Shown here: in pieces, positions 26,979 to 37,600 of the stretch
Numbering within the stretch: the stretch's first letter is position 1
Layout of the letters: each line of letters opens with the position of its first letter
From: Nanobdellati archaeon
GTDB taxonomy: Archaea; EX4484-52; GLR71
Length of the DNA stretch: 64,000 bases
Assembly (NCBI GenBank): GCA_019429125.1
Contig: JAHYJO010000001.1
Coordinates: 84,176 to 148,175 of the forward strand
Reading direction: 5' to 3'
Notes under the pieces: generated by a model
What the model was told of the DNA's origin: nothing
The model's input: only the letters and a program-made list of their open reading frames with translations
The model's database searches: none
Program-made: the position numbers and the translations under genes

Positions 26979-28898
26979 ATGCCAGAATTGTCAAGTTTTG
27001 ATTTTAAGATACTCGCTGAGGAGCTACAGTTTTTATCAGGGGGGAAGATACAGAAGATATATCATGAGGGTAAGCATCTTCATATGTCTATCTTTGTCAA
27101 AAGCGGTGGGACTAACATGCTCATAACAGGAGATGGTAAGTTCTTTACGACACCGCATTCATTGAAACATAAGTTGCGACCGACTGGTTTTTGTATGTTT
27201 TTAAGGAAACGGCTTTCAGGGCAGTGGATTGATAGCATAAAGCAAATTGGTTTTGAACGTATAATTATTATTGAGACACAGGATTATAGGATATATCTTG
27301 AGCTTTTCAGGAATGGTAATACTATAATAACTGACAAAAATGATAAGATTGTGTCTGTCATGTCTGTGCAGATATGGAAAGACAGGGTGCTTAAGGCAAA
27401 TGAGATATATAAGATGCCACCTGTGTCAATTGATATTTTGGGTTTAAATATTGATAGTTTTTCACTTGTATTGTCAAAGTCATCAAAGAATATCATATCG
27501 TTTCTTGCGCGTGATATGAGTCTTGGGGGTAACTATGCAGAGGAAGTGCTTACTGATGCGAAAATGGACAAGGATTTGATTGCAAAAAAGTTAGATGCCA
27601 CACAGACTAAAAAGATATTTAAGGCAATGTCTTCTCTTTTCAAAAGAAAAAAAGAACCTCGTCTTGTCCTTGAAAAAGAGAAGTATTTGGACATGTCATC
27701 TTTTTCTTTGGTTAAATATGTAAATTATGAAACTAAAATGTTTGACACTCTAAATGAGGTAGCAAGTGAGTTTTATGTGTCACAGATGGAACTTGAGGAT
27801 GAGAAAGAGACTACAATAAAAACAGATAAGGTGATGGGGTCTCTTGAACACAGGTTAAAGACACAGGATGATGCTCTTTTGACTGTCAACAAAAATATTG
27901 AGGATTCTACCCGAAAAGCTGAGATGATATATTCTAATTATAATGTACTGGATGAGATGATTAGGCAGGTAAATGAAGCATGCAGTCTGAAAGGCTGGGA
28001 CTTTGTGCAGAAAACTATCAGGTCTGGCAAGATTGACAAGATAAAAAGTATCGATATGAAAAACAAGATAATGGTCGTTGATTTTGGCGAGAAACTGAAT
28101 ATATATCTTGAAAAGCCATTGAACTATAGCGCTGAAGTATATTACCAAAAAGCAAAAAGGTCAAAGCAGAAGATACCAGGCATTCAAAAATCTATGGGTC
28201 TGACTAAAGACAAGATTGAAAAATCTGAAGTAGAGACGGTTAAAAAACATAAACCTAATGTTAAAAGAGTGCTGAAGAAGAAAGAATGGTTTGATAAGTT
28301 CCGGTCTTTTACGTCATCCACTGGTTTTCTTGTGCTCGGTGGGAAAGATGCGACTACAAATGAGATATTGGTCAAGAAACACACAGATGCAGAAGACATA
28401 ATATTTCATGCAGACATTGCGGGGTCATCATTTGTCGTCATAAAATCCGACGGTAAAAAGGTTGATGATACTACAATTTCTGAGGCTGCGCAGTTTGCGG
28501 GGTCATATTCTAAGGCGTGGAAGATGAAGGCAGGGACGGTTGATGTATTCTGGGTTGCGCCTGAGCAGGTGTCTAAACAGGCACCTACTGGTGAATATAT
28601 TCAGAAGGGGTCGTTTATGGTGCGTGGCAAGAAAAACTGGGGGAAACCCGAATTGCGCGTTGCATTTGCGTTGATTGGGGATGAGCTTGTATGTGCACCT
28701 GTCGTTACAGTATCATCAAAAACTAAGAAATATGTTGCTATTGCGCCTGGGTACAAAAAATCAAAAGAGTTGGCGAAAGAGATAAGGACAAAACTATTTT
28801 TAGTCTGTTCAAAGGCTGAGCAGGAAATATTGAGAGAGATATCTGTTGATGATATACAGAAACATATACCTGCCGGAACTGGGGAAATATTGAAATAG
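26979..28898 (+). CDS. rqcH: ribosome quality control protein Rqc2/NEMF (NFACT family)
   Basis: 'FCMFLRKRL...FERII...ELFRNGN' and the NFACT-R domain 'WFDKFRSF...GGKDATTNEILVKKH...FHADIAGS...GSFMVRGKKN'. Confidence 0.9.
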   Translation: MPELSSFDFKILAEELQFLSGGKIQKIYHEGKHLHMSIFVKSGGTNMLITGDGKFFTTPHSLKHKLRPTGFCMFLRKRLSGQWIDSIKQIGFERIIIIETQDYRIYLELFRNGNTIITDKNDKIVSVMSVQIWKDRVLKANEIYKMPPVSIDILGLNIDSFSLVLSKSSKNIISFLARDMSLGGNYAEEVLTDAKMDKDLIAKKLDATQTKKIFKAMSSLFKRKKEPRLVLEKEKYLDMSSFSLVKYVNYETKMFDTLNEVASEFYVSQMELEDEKETTIKTDKVMGSLEHRLKTQDDALLTVNKNIEDSTRKAEMIYSNYNVLDEMIRQVNEACSLKGWDFVQKTIRSGKIDKIKSIDMKNKIMVVDFGEKLNIYLEKPLNYSAEVYYQKAKRSKQKIPGIQKSMGLTKDKIEKSEVETVKKHKPNVKRVLKKKEWFDKFRSFTSSTGFLVLGGKDATTNEILVKKHTDAEDIIFHADIAGSSFVVIKSDGKKVDDTTISEAAQFAGSYSKAWKMKAGTVDVFWVAPEQVSKQAPTGEYIQKGSFMVRGKKNWGKPELRVAFALIGDELVCAPVVTVSSKTKKYVAIAPGYKKSKELAKEIRTKLFLVCSKAEQEILREISVDDIQKHIPAGTGEILK

Positions 28899-28903
28899 TC
28901 GGT

Positions 28904-29470
28904 TTGATAGGTATTTCAAAGGCTATTTATTTAAAGTTTTCATTCTATAGTGGTAGTATGTCTTTGCTTGAAAACTATTATCTTTCAAAAGATGAAATTG
29001 TGATTAATGAGGTGAAAGGAGGTAGTAGTTATCATTTTTTATTTCCTGTATTGCCTGAATTTTTACCTTTTGAAGTTGCACTTTATGGTGCTTTAGACAG
29101 AAATCTCTATATTTCTGATGATGATTTTTATGTTGATCTTAATTCTGATGCGATTTTTGAGTTTTTTGGTAATGGTTTTCTGAAGAACCTATATCTTAAA
29201 AAGGATTGTGGTGTGATATTTTCATCATATAATTCTAATTGTTGTCTTTATAGTAAGAATAATTTTAATATGTCTGAAGAAAAATTTAATCTGTTTTTTA
29301 GGGATATGCAACATATTGGTGAGGTGGTTATCGGTAAAGGGTCTGTATTTGAGACTAAGAATGTTTCTGATTATGGGACTGCGTGTATTTTGCGCGATTA
29401 TTTGTGTCAGTTACATAATAAGGCAGTTAATCTTATTTTTGAGTCTTATCTTTCCCAAGACGTTCTTTGA
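28904..29470 (+). CDS. hypothetical protein
   Basis: 188-aa ORF with no recognised motif; the ATG at 28958 is an alternative start. Confidence 0.6.
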   Translation: MIGISKAIYLKFSFYSGSMSLLENYYLSKDEIVINEVKGGSSYHFLFPVLPEFLPFEVALYGALDRNLYISDDDFYVDLNSDAIFEFFGNGFLKNLYLKKDCGVIFSSYNSNCCLYSKNNFNMSEEKFNLFFRDMQHIGEVVIGKGSVFETKNVSDYGTACILRDYLCQLHNKAVNLIFESYLSQDVL

Positions 29471-30395
29471 TTGCTGCGCTCAATAATGGTAGTGCTATTG
29501 TTGCATCACAGGTCACATTAACATATTTCGCTTTCTTGTCAAGTTTTCCCCAGGATATTCCTTCTCGTAGTTCTGCACCTGATGAACCGCCTGATTCTGG
29601 TCTGTCAGTTGTTATCTGGATTGCATATGATGCGGCTGTTGGTGCAAATTGAAGCGCTTGCTGGATATAATTTTTTGGTACACCTCCGCCTATGTATAAT
29701 ACACCGTTTGTCTCTGAAGTCCAGGTTATGTCTATCATGTCTTTTAGGTCATCAAATGCGGAAACGTCAATCTTATTGTCTTGCATGTAACCCCATACTT
29801 GAAGACCTATACCTGAATCGCTTAGTGCGGGGCAGAAGATAGGAATTTTTTTGTCTGCGCAAACTTTCAGTATTGAATTTTCGTAAGGTACTTCTTTTCC
29901 TAGGAGCCAAAGGAACTCTTTTATGTTCATTTTCTCTTTTGGCATCTTGGCGAATGTTTTTTTGCAGAATTTTTCAAGGCCTTCATAGACTTCATCAGGC
30001 ATGAATGCGTCATAGATTCTGTCTACTCGTATCTTGTTTAGTTCTTCGTCGCTTATCATGTGTGTGCCTTGATAATGATGGTATCCTAGAGCTTCTACAA
30101 GGTCATGGGTTAGGTTTGCGCCTGTCGTTACGATGACATCTACCCAACCGTCTTTTAGCATGTCTATGATTATCTGTTTCTGGCCACCGGGTACCATTGC
30201 ACCTGCTAGACCCAAAAATACTGTGCATTTCTTGTTTTTTATCATAATTTCCATTATGTTTGCAGCTTTGGCTATTGTGCCTGCGCCCATGACACCTGAT
30301 TTATCCATCTGGTCTACAAGCTCGTTGCAGGTCATGTTTTTTTTTGTTTGTATCTGATGAACTTTCTCAAGGTCTTTGTGCATATTCTTGTGCAT
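29433..30395 (-). CDS. dys: deoxyhypusine synthase
   Basis: 'LAGAMVPGG', 'TTGANLTHD', 'IGGGVPKNY', 'GGSSGAELREGISWGK', 'DATIALPL'. Confidence 0.93.
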   Translation of the reverse strand: MHKNMHKDLEKVHQIQTKKNMTCNELVDQMDKSGVMGAGTIAKAANIMEIMIKNKKCTVFLGLAGAMVPGGQKQIIIDMLKDGWVDVIVTTGANLTHDLVEALGYHHYQGTHMISDEELNKIRVDRIYDAFMPDEVYEGLEKFCKKTFAKMPKEKMNIKEFLWLLGKEVPYENSILKVCADKKIPIFCPALSDSGIGLQVWGYMQDNKIDVSAFDDLKDMIDITWTSETNGVLYIGGGVPKNYIQQALQFAPTAASYAIQITTDRPESGGSSGAELREGISWGKLDKKAKYVNVTCDATIALPLLSAAIKERLGKDKTQK

Positions 30396-30480
30396 ATATA
30401 TCACTTGAAACAATATCTATAAGTATTATAGATGTTCTATATGTATATAAATGTTAAAAATATTATAAAGGTAATATGTT

Positions 30481-31083
30481 ATGTCAATTCTTAATAATCT
30501 CAGCAAAAGGTATCGTGAACAGAAAAATCTTATAGATGAGGGTAAATCTAGAAATCCTGAATATGTCCTTAAAAATATTGAGGCTGTGCTTGAGAATGCA
30601 AGGTCTTTTCGAAATCTAAACAGGCCACAGGCGATAAAACTCTCAAATAAGGCGATAGATGATTGTGATGTGGCACTTGTGCTGTATAGGCAAAAAGACA
30701 ATATTGATATGATATTTGAGATAAATGCTCTCAAAAGTGAGATACAGGCATTTTTGACTAATTTTTCTGTTGAGGAGATAGACCGGGCACTGCATAAGTC
30801 TGATGGTGATAATTATCTTGATGAGGCACGGCAGAAGTTTATCCTTGCACAAAAGATGAAGAATATCAGACGTGTTGAGTCAATAACTTATGCGCTTGGG
30901 TCTATTTCTCGGTATGATGATGCGCTTATTTTTTTCAAACAGGAAAGTATCCCACGCAAGGATATTGCTGAGGCTGAAAAAAACGGAGTTCTTGAATTCT
31001 TGCAATTGTTTACGGAGGATGAGATTGCCGATGCAAAAAAGCTTGTGCTTAAGAATAAGGATTCTGATTTGTCTGATTTTTAG
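30481..31083 (+). CDS. hypothetical all-helical protein with an internal two-fold repeat
   Basis: 200-aa ORF whose halves align (see findings). Confidence 0.7.
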   Translation: MSILNNLSKRYREQKNLIDEGKSRNPEYVLKNIEAVLENARSFRNLNRPQAIKLSNKAIDDCDVALVLYRQKDNIDMIFEINALKSEIQAFLTNFSVEEIDRALHKSDGDNYLDEARQKFILAQKMKNIRRVESITYALGSISRYDDALIFFKQESIPRKDIAEAEKNGVLEFLQLFTEDEIADAKKLVLKNKDSDLSDF

Positions 31084-31086
31084 GGA

Positions 31087-31168
31087 TTACGGGACTCCGT
31101 AAGGTTTTGTATTATTTTCTTACGGAAAAGCGTAAGGTTTTTGAATCAAAGTTTACGGAAAAGCGTAA
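31087..31168. repeat. three TTACG-N6-CGTAA palindromes at a 33-bp period
   Basis: Units start at 31087, 31120 and 31153; TTATATAT follows at 31181. Confidence 0.8.
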
Positions 31169-31225
31169 AGTTTAGGATTTTTATATATATAGATTGTGCA
31201 TAAATAAATTATATTGGTAATTATT

Positions 31226-32044
31226 ATGAATAAAAAGATGATGCTTCTATTTTCGTTATTTGTTCTATCTTTTGTCTTTATTTCTGGGACAGTTTATGCT
31301 TTTAGTTTTGGTGATGTGTATTCTGTCTTATTCGGGTCAGTCTTGTCAGTTTTTGATACTTCTGATACTGTTCCTGTCATAAATGCTGCATATCTTGATA
31401 AGCAGAAGTATATGCCCGGTGAGCAGATGATTGTGACTGCGTCAGTTTCAGGTGCAAAATATGTCAAGGCATATATTGAGACTGATGTCGGTGTTGATGA
31501 GGTTGACATGGTTTTAGTTACAGGTACAAAAGAAGATGGTACCTGGCAGGTTGCGTGGACGTTGCATGATACTGTTACTAAAGAATATTTTACAAAGATT
31601 GTGGCTGTTTCAAAAGATGATATTGAGGATGAAAAAGTTCTTATTTGGGCTGATCCTACAGTGAGTCATTCATGGGATGAAACTGTATGTGATAATAATT
31701 TATGTGTGGATACAATTAATAATCGTATTGGGATTGGGATTACTACACCTATTGAAACATTAGATGTTGTTGGAAATATTAAAATCAAAGATGGTACTCA
31801 GGCGGATGGAAAAGTTTTAACTTCTGATGCTGATGGATTGGCTAGTTGGCAAGAGGTGAGTGGGGGGGTAATTCCTTCTATGATTGTTGCTTTAGCAAAT
31901 GTGACTTGTGATACACGATGTGCAAATGTTGGAAAAACTTGTTGGGGTGCATTTGAGACAAATGGTATTCCTCAGACGTACCCAATTTCTTGTTCATATT
32001 CTATGAATCCAACAAGCTTTATTCTATCTTGTTTTTGTTATTAA
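31226..32044 (+). CDS. secreted protein with Ig-like domain, fibre-like segment and small Cys-rich tip
   Basis: Signal peptide; 'NRIGIGITTPIETLDVVGNIKIKDGTQADGKVLTSDADGLASWQ'; C-terminal 'TCDTRCANVGKTC...SC...SCFCY'. Confidence 0.8.
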   Translation: MNKKMMLLFSLFVLSFVFISGTVYAFSFGDVYSVLFGSVLSVFDTSDTVPVINAAYLDKQKYMPGEQMIVTASVSGAKYVKAYIETDVGVDEVDMVLVTGTKEDGTWQVAWTLHDTVTKEYFTKIVAVSKDDIEDEKVLIWADPTVSHSWDETVCDNNLCVDTINNRIGIGITTPIETLDVVGNIKIKDGTQADGKVLTSDADGLASWQEVSGGVIPSMIVALANVTCDTRCANVGKTCWGAFETNGIPQTYPISCSYSMNPTSFILSCFCY

Positions 32045-32285
32045 AATATATTAATTTTCATAAGAACCAAACCAATTTGTTATTTTGTCTATTATCTATC
32101 GCAATGGAAAAATTATATTGGTTTTTTGTTTGTTGTAGTAGGTATTTAACAGGCAATAAATTTATTGTGTATCGAACCGGGTTGAAATAGGTTCCTTTTA
32201 ATTGTATACTTATTTTGGGTTTTATTCAGTTCGAATATTTGATTTTGGGCAATATCTTTTATTTTTAATCTGTTAAATCTTGTCT

Positions 32286-34628
32286 ATGCAACTTGATGAA
32301 ATCTCGTCTAAATATCCAGTTCTTGAACCAGTCATTAAGATAATAAAAGAAAAGGAAGGTATTACATCTCTTTTTCCGCCACAGGCTGATGCGGTTCGTG
32401 CAGGATATCTTGACGGGAAAAATATGCTTCTTGCAATTCCTACTAGTGCGGGCAAGACTTTAGTTTCTGAGCTTGCAGCGCTTAAAGTAGTTCTTGAAAC
32501 GCGCAAGAAAGTGCTTTATCTGGTGCCACTTAAGGCGCTAGCTATGGAGAAATATCATGATTTCAAAGAAAAATATGAGTCAATCTGTGTCAAGACGGCG
32601 GTTAGTATCGGCAATTTTGATGGACGTGACCAATGGCTCTCTGAGTTTGATATAATTGTGACTTCAGTTGAAAAGGCGGATAGTCTCTTACGGCACAAGG
32701 CGGAATGGTTTTCTGATATTGGTCTTGTGATAGCTGATGAGGTGCATCTTTTGGATGATCCGTCTCGTGGTCCGACATTAGAGATTGTGCTTACGCGAAT
32801 TAATGAGATTGCGTCTGCGCAGGTGATAGCGCTTTCGGCTACTATAAACAATCGTCGTGAGCTTGCAGATTGGCTCAATGCTATTCTTGTTGAATCGGAT
32901 TTCAGGCCGACTGTGCTTCATGAGGGGTATGTTTCAGAGGGTAAGGTTGTTTTTTCAGGTAATACAAGACCGTCTTTTTCATTGCCTAAAGTCTCAGACA
33001 CACTTGATGCAGTCATTTCTAAAGTTGCAGAGGACAATAAGCAAGGGATTATTTTTGTGTCATCTAAAAAGAGTGCGGAAAAAGTTTCTGAAGATATTGC
33101 TAAGATAATTGTTAAAGTTTTGTCTGCGACTGAAAAGATTAAGCTTTTGGAACTTTCAGAATCAATATTGCGTTGTGTGTCAAGTCCGACAACTCAATGC
33201 AGGCGGCTTGCGCGTGTGGTTAAAAGTGGTTCTGCATTTCATCATAGTGGTCTTATTCATAGCCAGAAAGCGCTTGTTGAAGATGCGTTTAGGTCGGGCA
33301 TATTGAAATTTGTGTCTGCGACAACTACGCTGGCTTATGGTATGAATCTTCCTTGTGATTATGTCATTATGCGCGATGTCAAGAGATTTTATGGAACTCG
33401 TGGGTATGATTACATACCTGTGTTGGAATATAAGCAGTGTGTAGGTCGTGCGGGTCGTGCCAAGTATTCAAAAGAGGGTAGTTCGGTCATTATTACAAAA
33501 AATTCTGATGATGCCCGCGAGTTTGAAAAGATATTTATTAATGGGCTTCCTGAAAATATTTATTCTAAATTGTCTCTTGAGCCTGTTCTTCGTATTCATC
33601 TATTAAGCCTTATCGCAACAGGGCATGTGAAGATGGTGTCTGATCTTGAGGCGTTTATCTCAAAGACGTTTTATGCGCATCAGTTTAAGGATCTTCGCGA
33701 GCTTTTCTTAAAGATTGAGGCTATGATGGATATGCTTTCTGAGTTTGGTATGGTTAAATCTTTTGATGGTAAACTTATCGCTACACCTTTCGGGCTTCGT
33801 GTTGCTGAGCTTTATATTGATCCTTTGACTGCGGATATGTTTGCGCGAGCTATAAAGCAGTCATTTGTGATTGCTGATAATATGGATTCGTTAGGTACGG
33901 TATCTAAAGATAAAGTTGTTGATAAGGTGGATGTATTGGGTTTTGTATCAGGGGCAAAGATTCTTGAAGAGAAGTCAAAAGTTCTTAATAATTTTAGCAT
34001 ATTTAATCTTCTGTCGCAGGCGCTTGAGTTAAGACCTGCGGTTCGCGCTAAAAAGGCTGATGTTGAAATGCTGGAAGAAGTTGTCAGTTCCTGTTCAAAA
34101 AATATATTGGTTAATGTGCCATCGCAATGGGACTGGGAACGGAAGGCATTTTTGGATTCTGTTAAGACTGCGCTTCTTTTTGATGCGTGGATAAAAGAGA
34201 ATACTGAAGATTTCATCTGCAAGCATTATTATGTTACTCCTGGTGAATTTAAGATTAAGCTTGATAATGCTGACTGGTTGCTTTATTCAATTTGTGAATT
34301 TTCTAAGCTTTTTGAGTTGAAAGATGTTTTTAGGGTTGTCAGTCGTCTTCGGGTGCAGCTTAAAAATGGTGTGTCTTCTGAGTTATTGAAACTTGTTGTT
34401 GTGAAAGGGATTGGTAGGGTTCGGGCTCGCGCTCTTTATGATAAGGGTTTCAGGTCGGCGTCAGATGTTCGTGGTGGAGATGTTTCTGTTCTTGAGAAGA
34501 TTGTAGGCAAGAAGACTGCGATGAAGCTGAAAGGGTTGAATGTTGATGGGGTTGGTGATGATGAACAAAAGGTTGTGTTAAAGTCTGCTAAAAATAAAGG
34601 TTTGCAAAAAAGTCTTTCTGATTTTTGA
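32286..34628 (+). CDS. hel308: Ski2-like DNA helicase Hel308/Hjm
   Basis: PTSAGKT, DEVH, LSAT, 'AFHHSGL', 'ATTTLAYGMNLP', 'GRAGR', and the C-terminal HhH 'KGIGRVRARALY'. Confidence 0.93.
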   Translation: MQLDEISSKYPVLEPVIKIIKEKEGITSLFPPQADAVRAGYLDGKNMLLAIPTSAGKTLVSELAALKVVLETRKKVLYLVPLKALAMEKYHDFKEKYESICVKTAVSIGNFDGRDQWLSEFDIIVTSVEKADSLLRHKAEWFSDIGLVIADEVHLLDDPSRGPTLEIVLTRINEIASAQVIALSATINNRRELADWLNAILVESDFRPTVLHEGYVSEGKVVFSGNTRPSFSLPKVSDTLDAVISKVAEDNKQGIIFVSSKKSAEKVSEDIAKIIVKVLSATEKIKLLELSESILRCVSSPTTQCRRLARVVKSGSAFHHSGLIHSQKALVEDAFRSGILKFVSATTTLAYGMNLPCDYVIMRDVKRFYGTRGYDYIPVLEYKQCVGRAGRAKYSKEGSSVIITKNSDDAREFEKIFINGLPENIYSKLSLEPVLRIHLLSLIATGHVKMVSDLEAFISKTFYAHQFKDLRELFLKIEAMMDMLSEFGMVKSFDGKLIATPFGLRVAELYIDPLTADMFARAIKQSFVIADNMDSLGTVSKDKVVDKVDVLGFVSGAKILEEKSKVLNNFSIFNLLSQALELRPAVRAKKADVEMLEEVVSSCSKNILVNVPSQWDWERKAFLDSVKTALLFDAWIKENTEDFICKHYYVTPGEFKIKLDNADWLLYSICEFSKLFELKDVFRVVSRLRVQLKNGVSSELLKLVVVKGIGRVRARALYDKGFRSASDVRGGDVSVLEKIVGKKTAMKLKGLNVDGVGDDEQKVVLKSAKNKGLQKSLSDF

Positions 34629-34693
34629 GCGTTTTTATTCTGTTTGAAATGAAATATATATATCAATTCGAATTAAATGTATAATAGAGAATT

Positions 34694-37600
34694 ATGTATT
34701 TTCAAAAATCGGGTTGCATTATTGTCTTAATTTTATCTATCTTAATTATGTCTGTCAGTGTATTTGCAGTCGATGGTATTTTGATTTGGACAGCAGATAA
34801 TGATTGGGATGGTGGAATATACATCAATATGTTCTCCAATTCTGGCAATTTAGTACTTTCTGGTTTTTTTAATGAGTATAGTGATTGGTTATATCAAAAT
34901 AAGATTATAGTTAATAATACAGGGAATGTTGAGGATATTACTGATTATCAAGTTCTTGTAAATCTTAGTTCATCTGATTTTGATTTTTCAGCAACAACAT
35001 CTAATGGTGATGATATAAGATTTACTTGGTTAAATGAAACTTCAGATGTAGAACAGAAAATATATTTTTGGATAGAGTCATGGGACTCAACTGCTGAAGA
35101 AGCATTAATCTGGGTAAAAGTGCCCTATGTTGCATCAAGTACAAATGGGTCTATTTATATTTATTATGGGAATCAGTCTGCAAGTTCTGAAAGTAATTTT
35201 TCTTCAATTACTGAAAATTTCTGGTTAAATCTGACAAGTTACAGTGCAACACCATCTATACAGACACCTTATTCCTTTACTGTTGAATCTGACCGGAATA
35301 GTTGGGGTGGTGGTACATGGAGCACCGGATATAATGGAATTCGGTTCAATTATACAAATACACAGGACATTTTTGTTATGAATTTTACAACGAAATTTAC
35401 ATTATTCAATAATCCCGGTTCATATTTGGATCGTTCTGTTTATTTTCTTGATGTTTATACTATAGACAATAATATGATTTTTTCAATGTTTCGATATGGT
35501 AATACAATGTATATTTATGACGGTGTACAACCCTGGACTTTTAGTACTATAAGAAATACCGCATACAGTAAAAATATAGGTGCTATGAATACTGGGACTG
35601 AATATGATATAGGTCTAATTTTTGATGGAACTATCTGGTCTGTATATGTAGACAGTGTATTGAAAAGAACAATTACACAGTCGACATTTAAGAATAGTCC
35701 TGCCGGATGGCTGAGTATAACTGGAAGACCAACTACAAATTTTAATGGCGCTTCAGATACTGAAAATCAGATAACAATAAAGTCAGATACTTTTTATCAG
35801 AATCAATACACATTAACCGAACCAAATACAATAATTTATTCACAAGAAATTCCTCTGATAATAGGTCAGTATACCTCAAACACTATAGACACGCTTAACA
35901 TCATTTCAAGACTCAAGGCGACATGGAACACATCAGACAGCTGGGCATACAAGAAAGAGATAAATATCTCAAACACTGGTGCAGAACTCACAGACTATCA
36001 GTTTAAGATAATTATTGATAAAGAGATTAGCATGAATGCAGACTATTCTGATCTGCGATTCACAGATAATAACAATTATCAATTGAATTACTGGGTTGAA
36101 GAGAATAACATAGTCCATGCTATCGTCTGGGTAAAAGTAAATCTTTCTGCGTTTACTAATACAACAATTAATGTGTATTATGGTAATCCTTATGCGACAA
36201 GTAAAAGTAATGAGAGTAATATATTTTTATTTTACGATGATTTCTCTAGCAGTTCTTTCATAAGTTATGAGAATGACTGTAAGCCGGATTCTATGAGCAC
36301 GTCAACAACTCAATCCGGCACATATTATACCGCCCCTTATGGGGCGTTTATTGATACTGGGTATAATGGTTTTTGTGGTGATGCTGGGCTTGTGAAAGAG
36401 ATAACACTTCCGGATATTTCTGGAAATATTTCTATTGCATTTGCGATAAAAGGTTGGGGTGCGTTTTGGTCAGGTTCAAGAGGGATTATTATTGAGCGTG
36501 ATGGTTATGATTATGGCCCCAAAGCCTGCGATTTAGGTCAGACATATTTTTGGCTTGCGTGTGCAACACGACGCGGAAATAGTTGTGGTAGCCTAACACA
36601 TCCTGAGACAGGACTTTTATATACTCCGCCAATAATTACTGGGAGTTGGCAAGAATTTACTCGAGATATAACTCCTTTTTCTGGAAAGACTTTTAGGTTA
36701 AGGATATTGACACATGATTATTCTAATATTTATTGTAATTTTGGTGATCATGCTCAAGACTTATGGGTTGATGATATAAAAATAAAAAAAGATACAGAAA
36801 TTAAACCAACTATCTCAACTGTAAGTCCACCTATGTCAGGTGATATCTCCGTCGAATTCAGTGCAGACGGAACTAATTGGCTTGAAATATCAAATAACAC
36901 AAATTACACAATAGGTGGTGGTATCGGTTCAGGCACAGAAATCCGGTACCGCATAAACATGTTGACATTGAATGCTCGCCAATCACCAAAAGTTCATGAT
37001 ATAACTTTAGAATATGATTCTGGTTTTAATTCTTGTGGCAGTTTATCTGATGAAAATAGACAGTATCTGTTAAATAATGATGTGTCTGCATCAGGAACTT
37101 GTTTTACGATTGATGCGGACAATATAACTCTTGATTGTCAAGGATATATTATTAATTATTCACAAAGCGGGGTTGGTTACGGGGTTGAGGTAAATAGTGG
37201 TTATGATAATATTACTGTTAAAAATTGTAATATTGTGCAAGGGAGTGAAACAGATAATTCATATGCTGTTGATTTATCTTCAAGTTGGGATAGTGTGTTA
37301 TTAAATAATACAATTACAACTGTCGGTGATAATAGTTATGGTATTTATTTTTCAAATTCTAAAAATAATACAGTGTATAATACTTATTTTTCTGTTGTTG
37401 ATGATGTTGATATCTATGTGCGCGGAACTGGAAACTATAAAAATGTTATAATTAATTCAACTTTTGATGTTGATGAGATTTATTTTGAATCTGATAATTC
37501 TGGCAGTATTGAAGTCTTATTTTATTTTAATCTATATGTGAACGATTCAAATGGAAGTTCTATAGAGGGTGTAAATGTGACTGTTTGGCAGATTGATGGC

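Noticed and set aside
31087-31168. Mini-CRISPR
   Set aside because: The 33-bp period leaves only 11-17 nt between conserved parts, too short for spacers.
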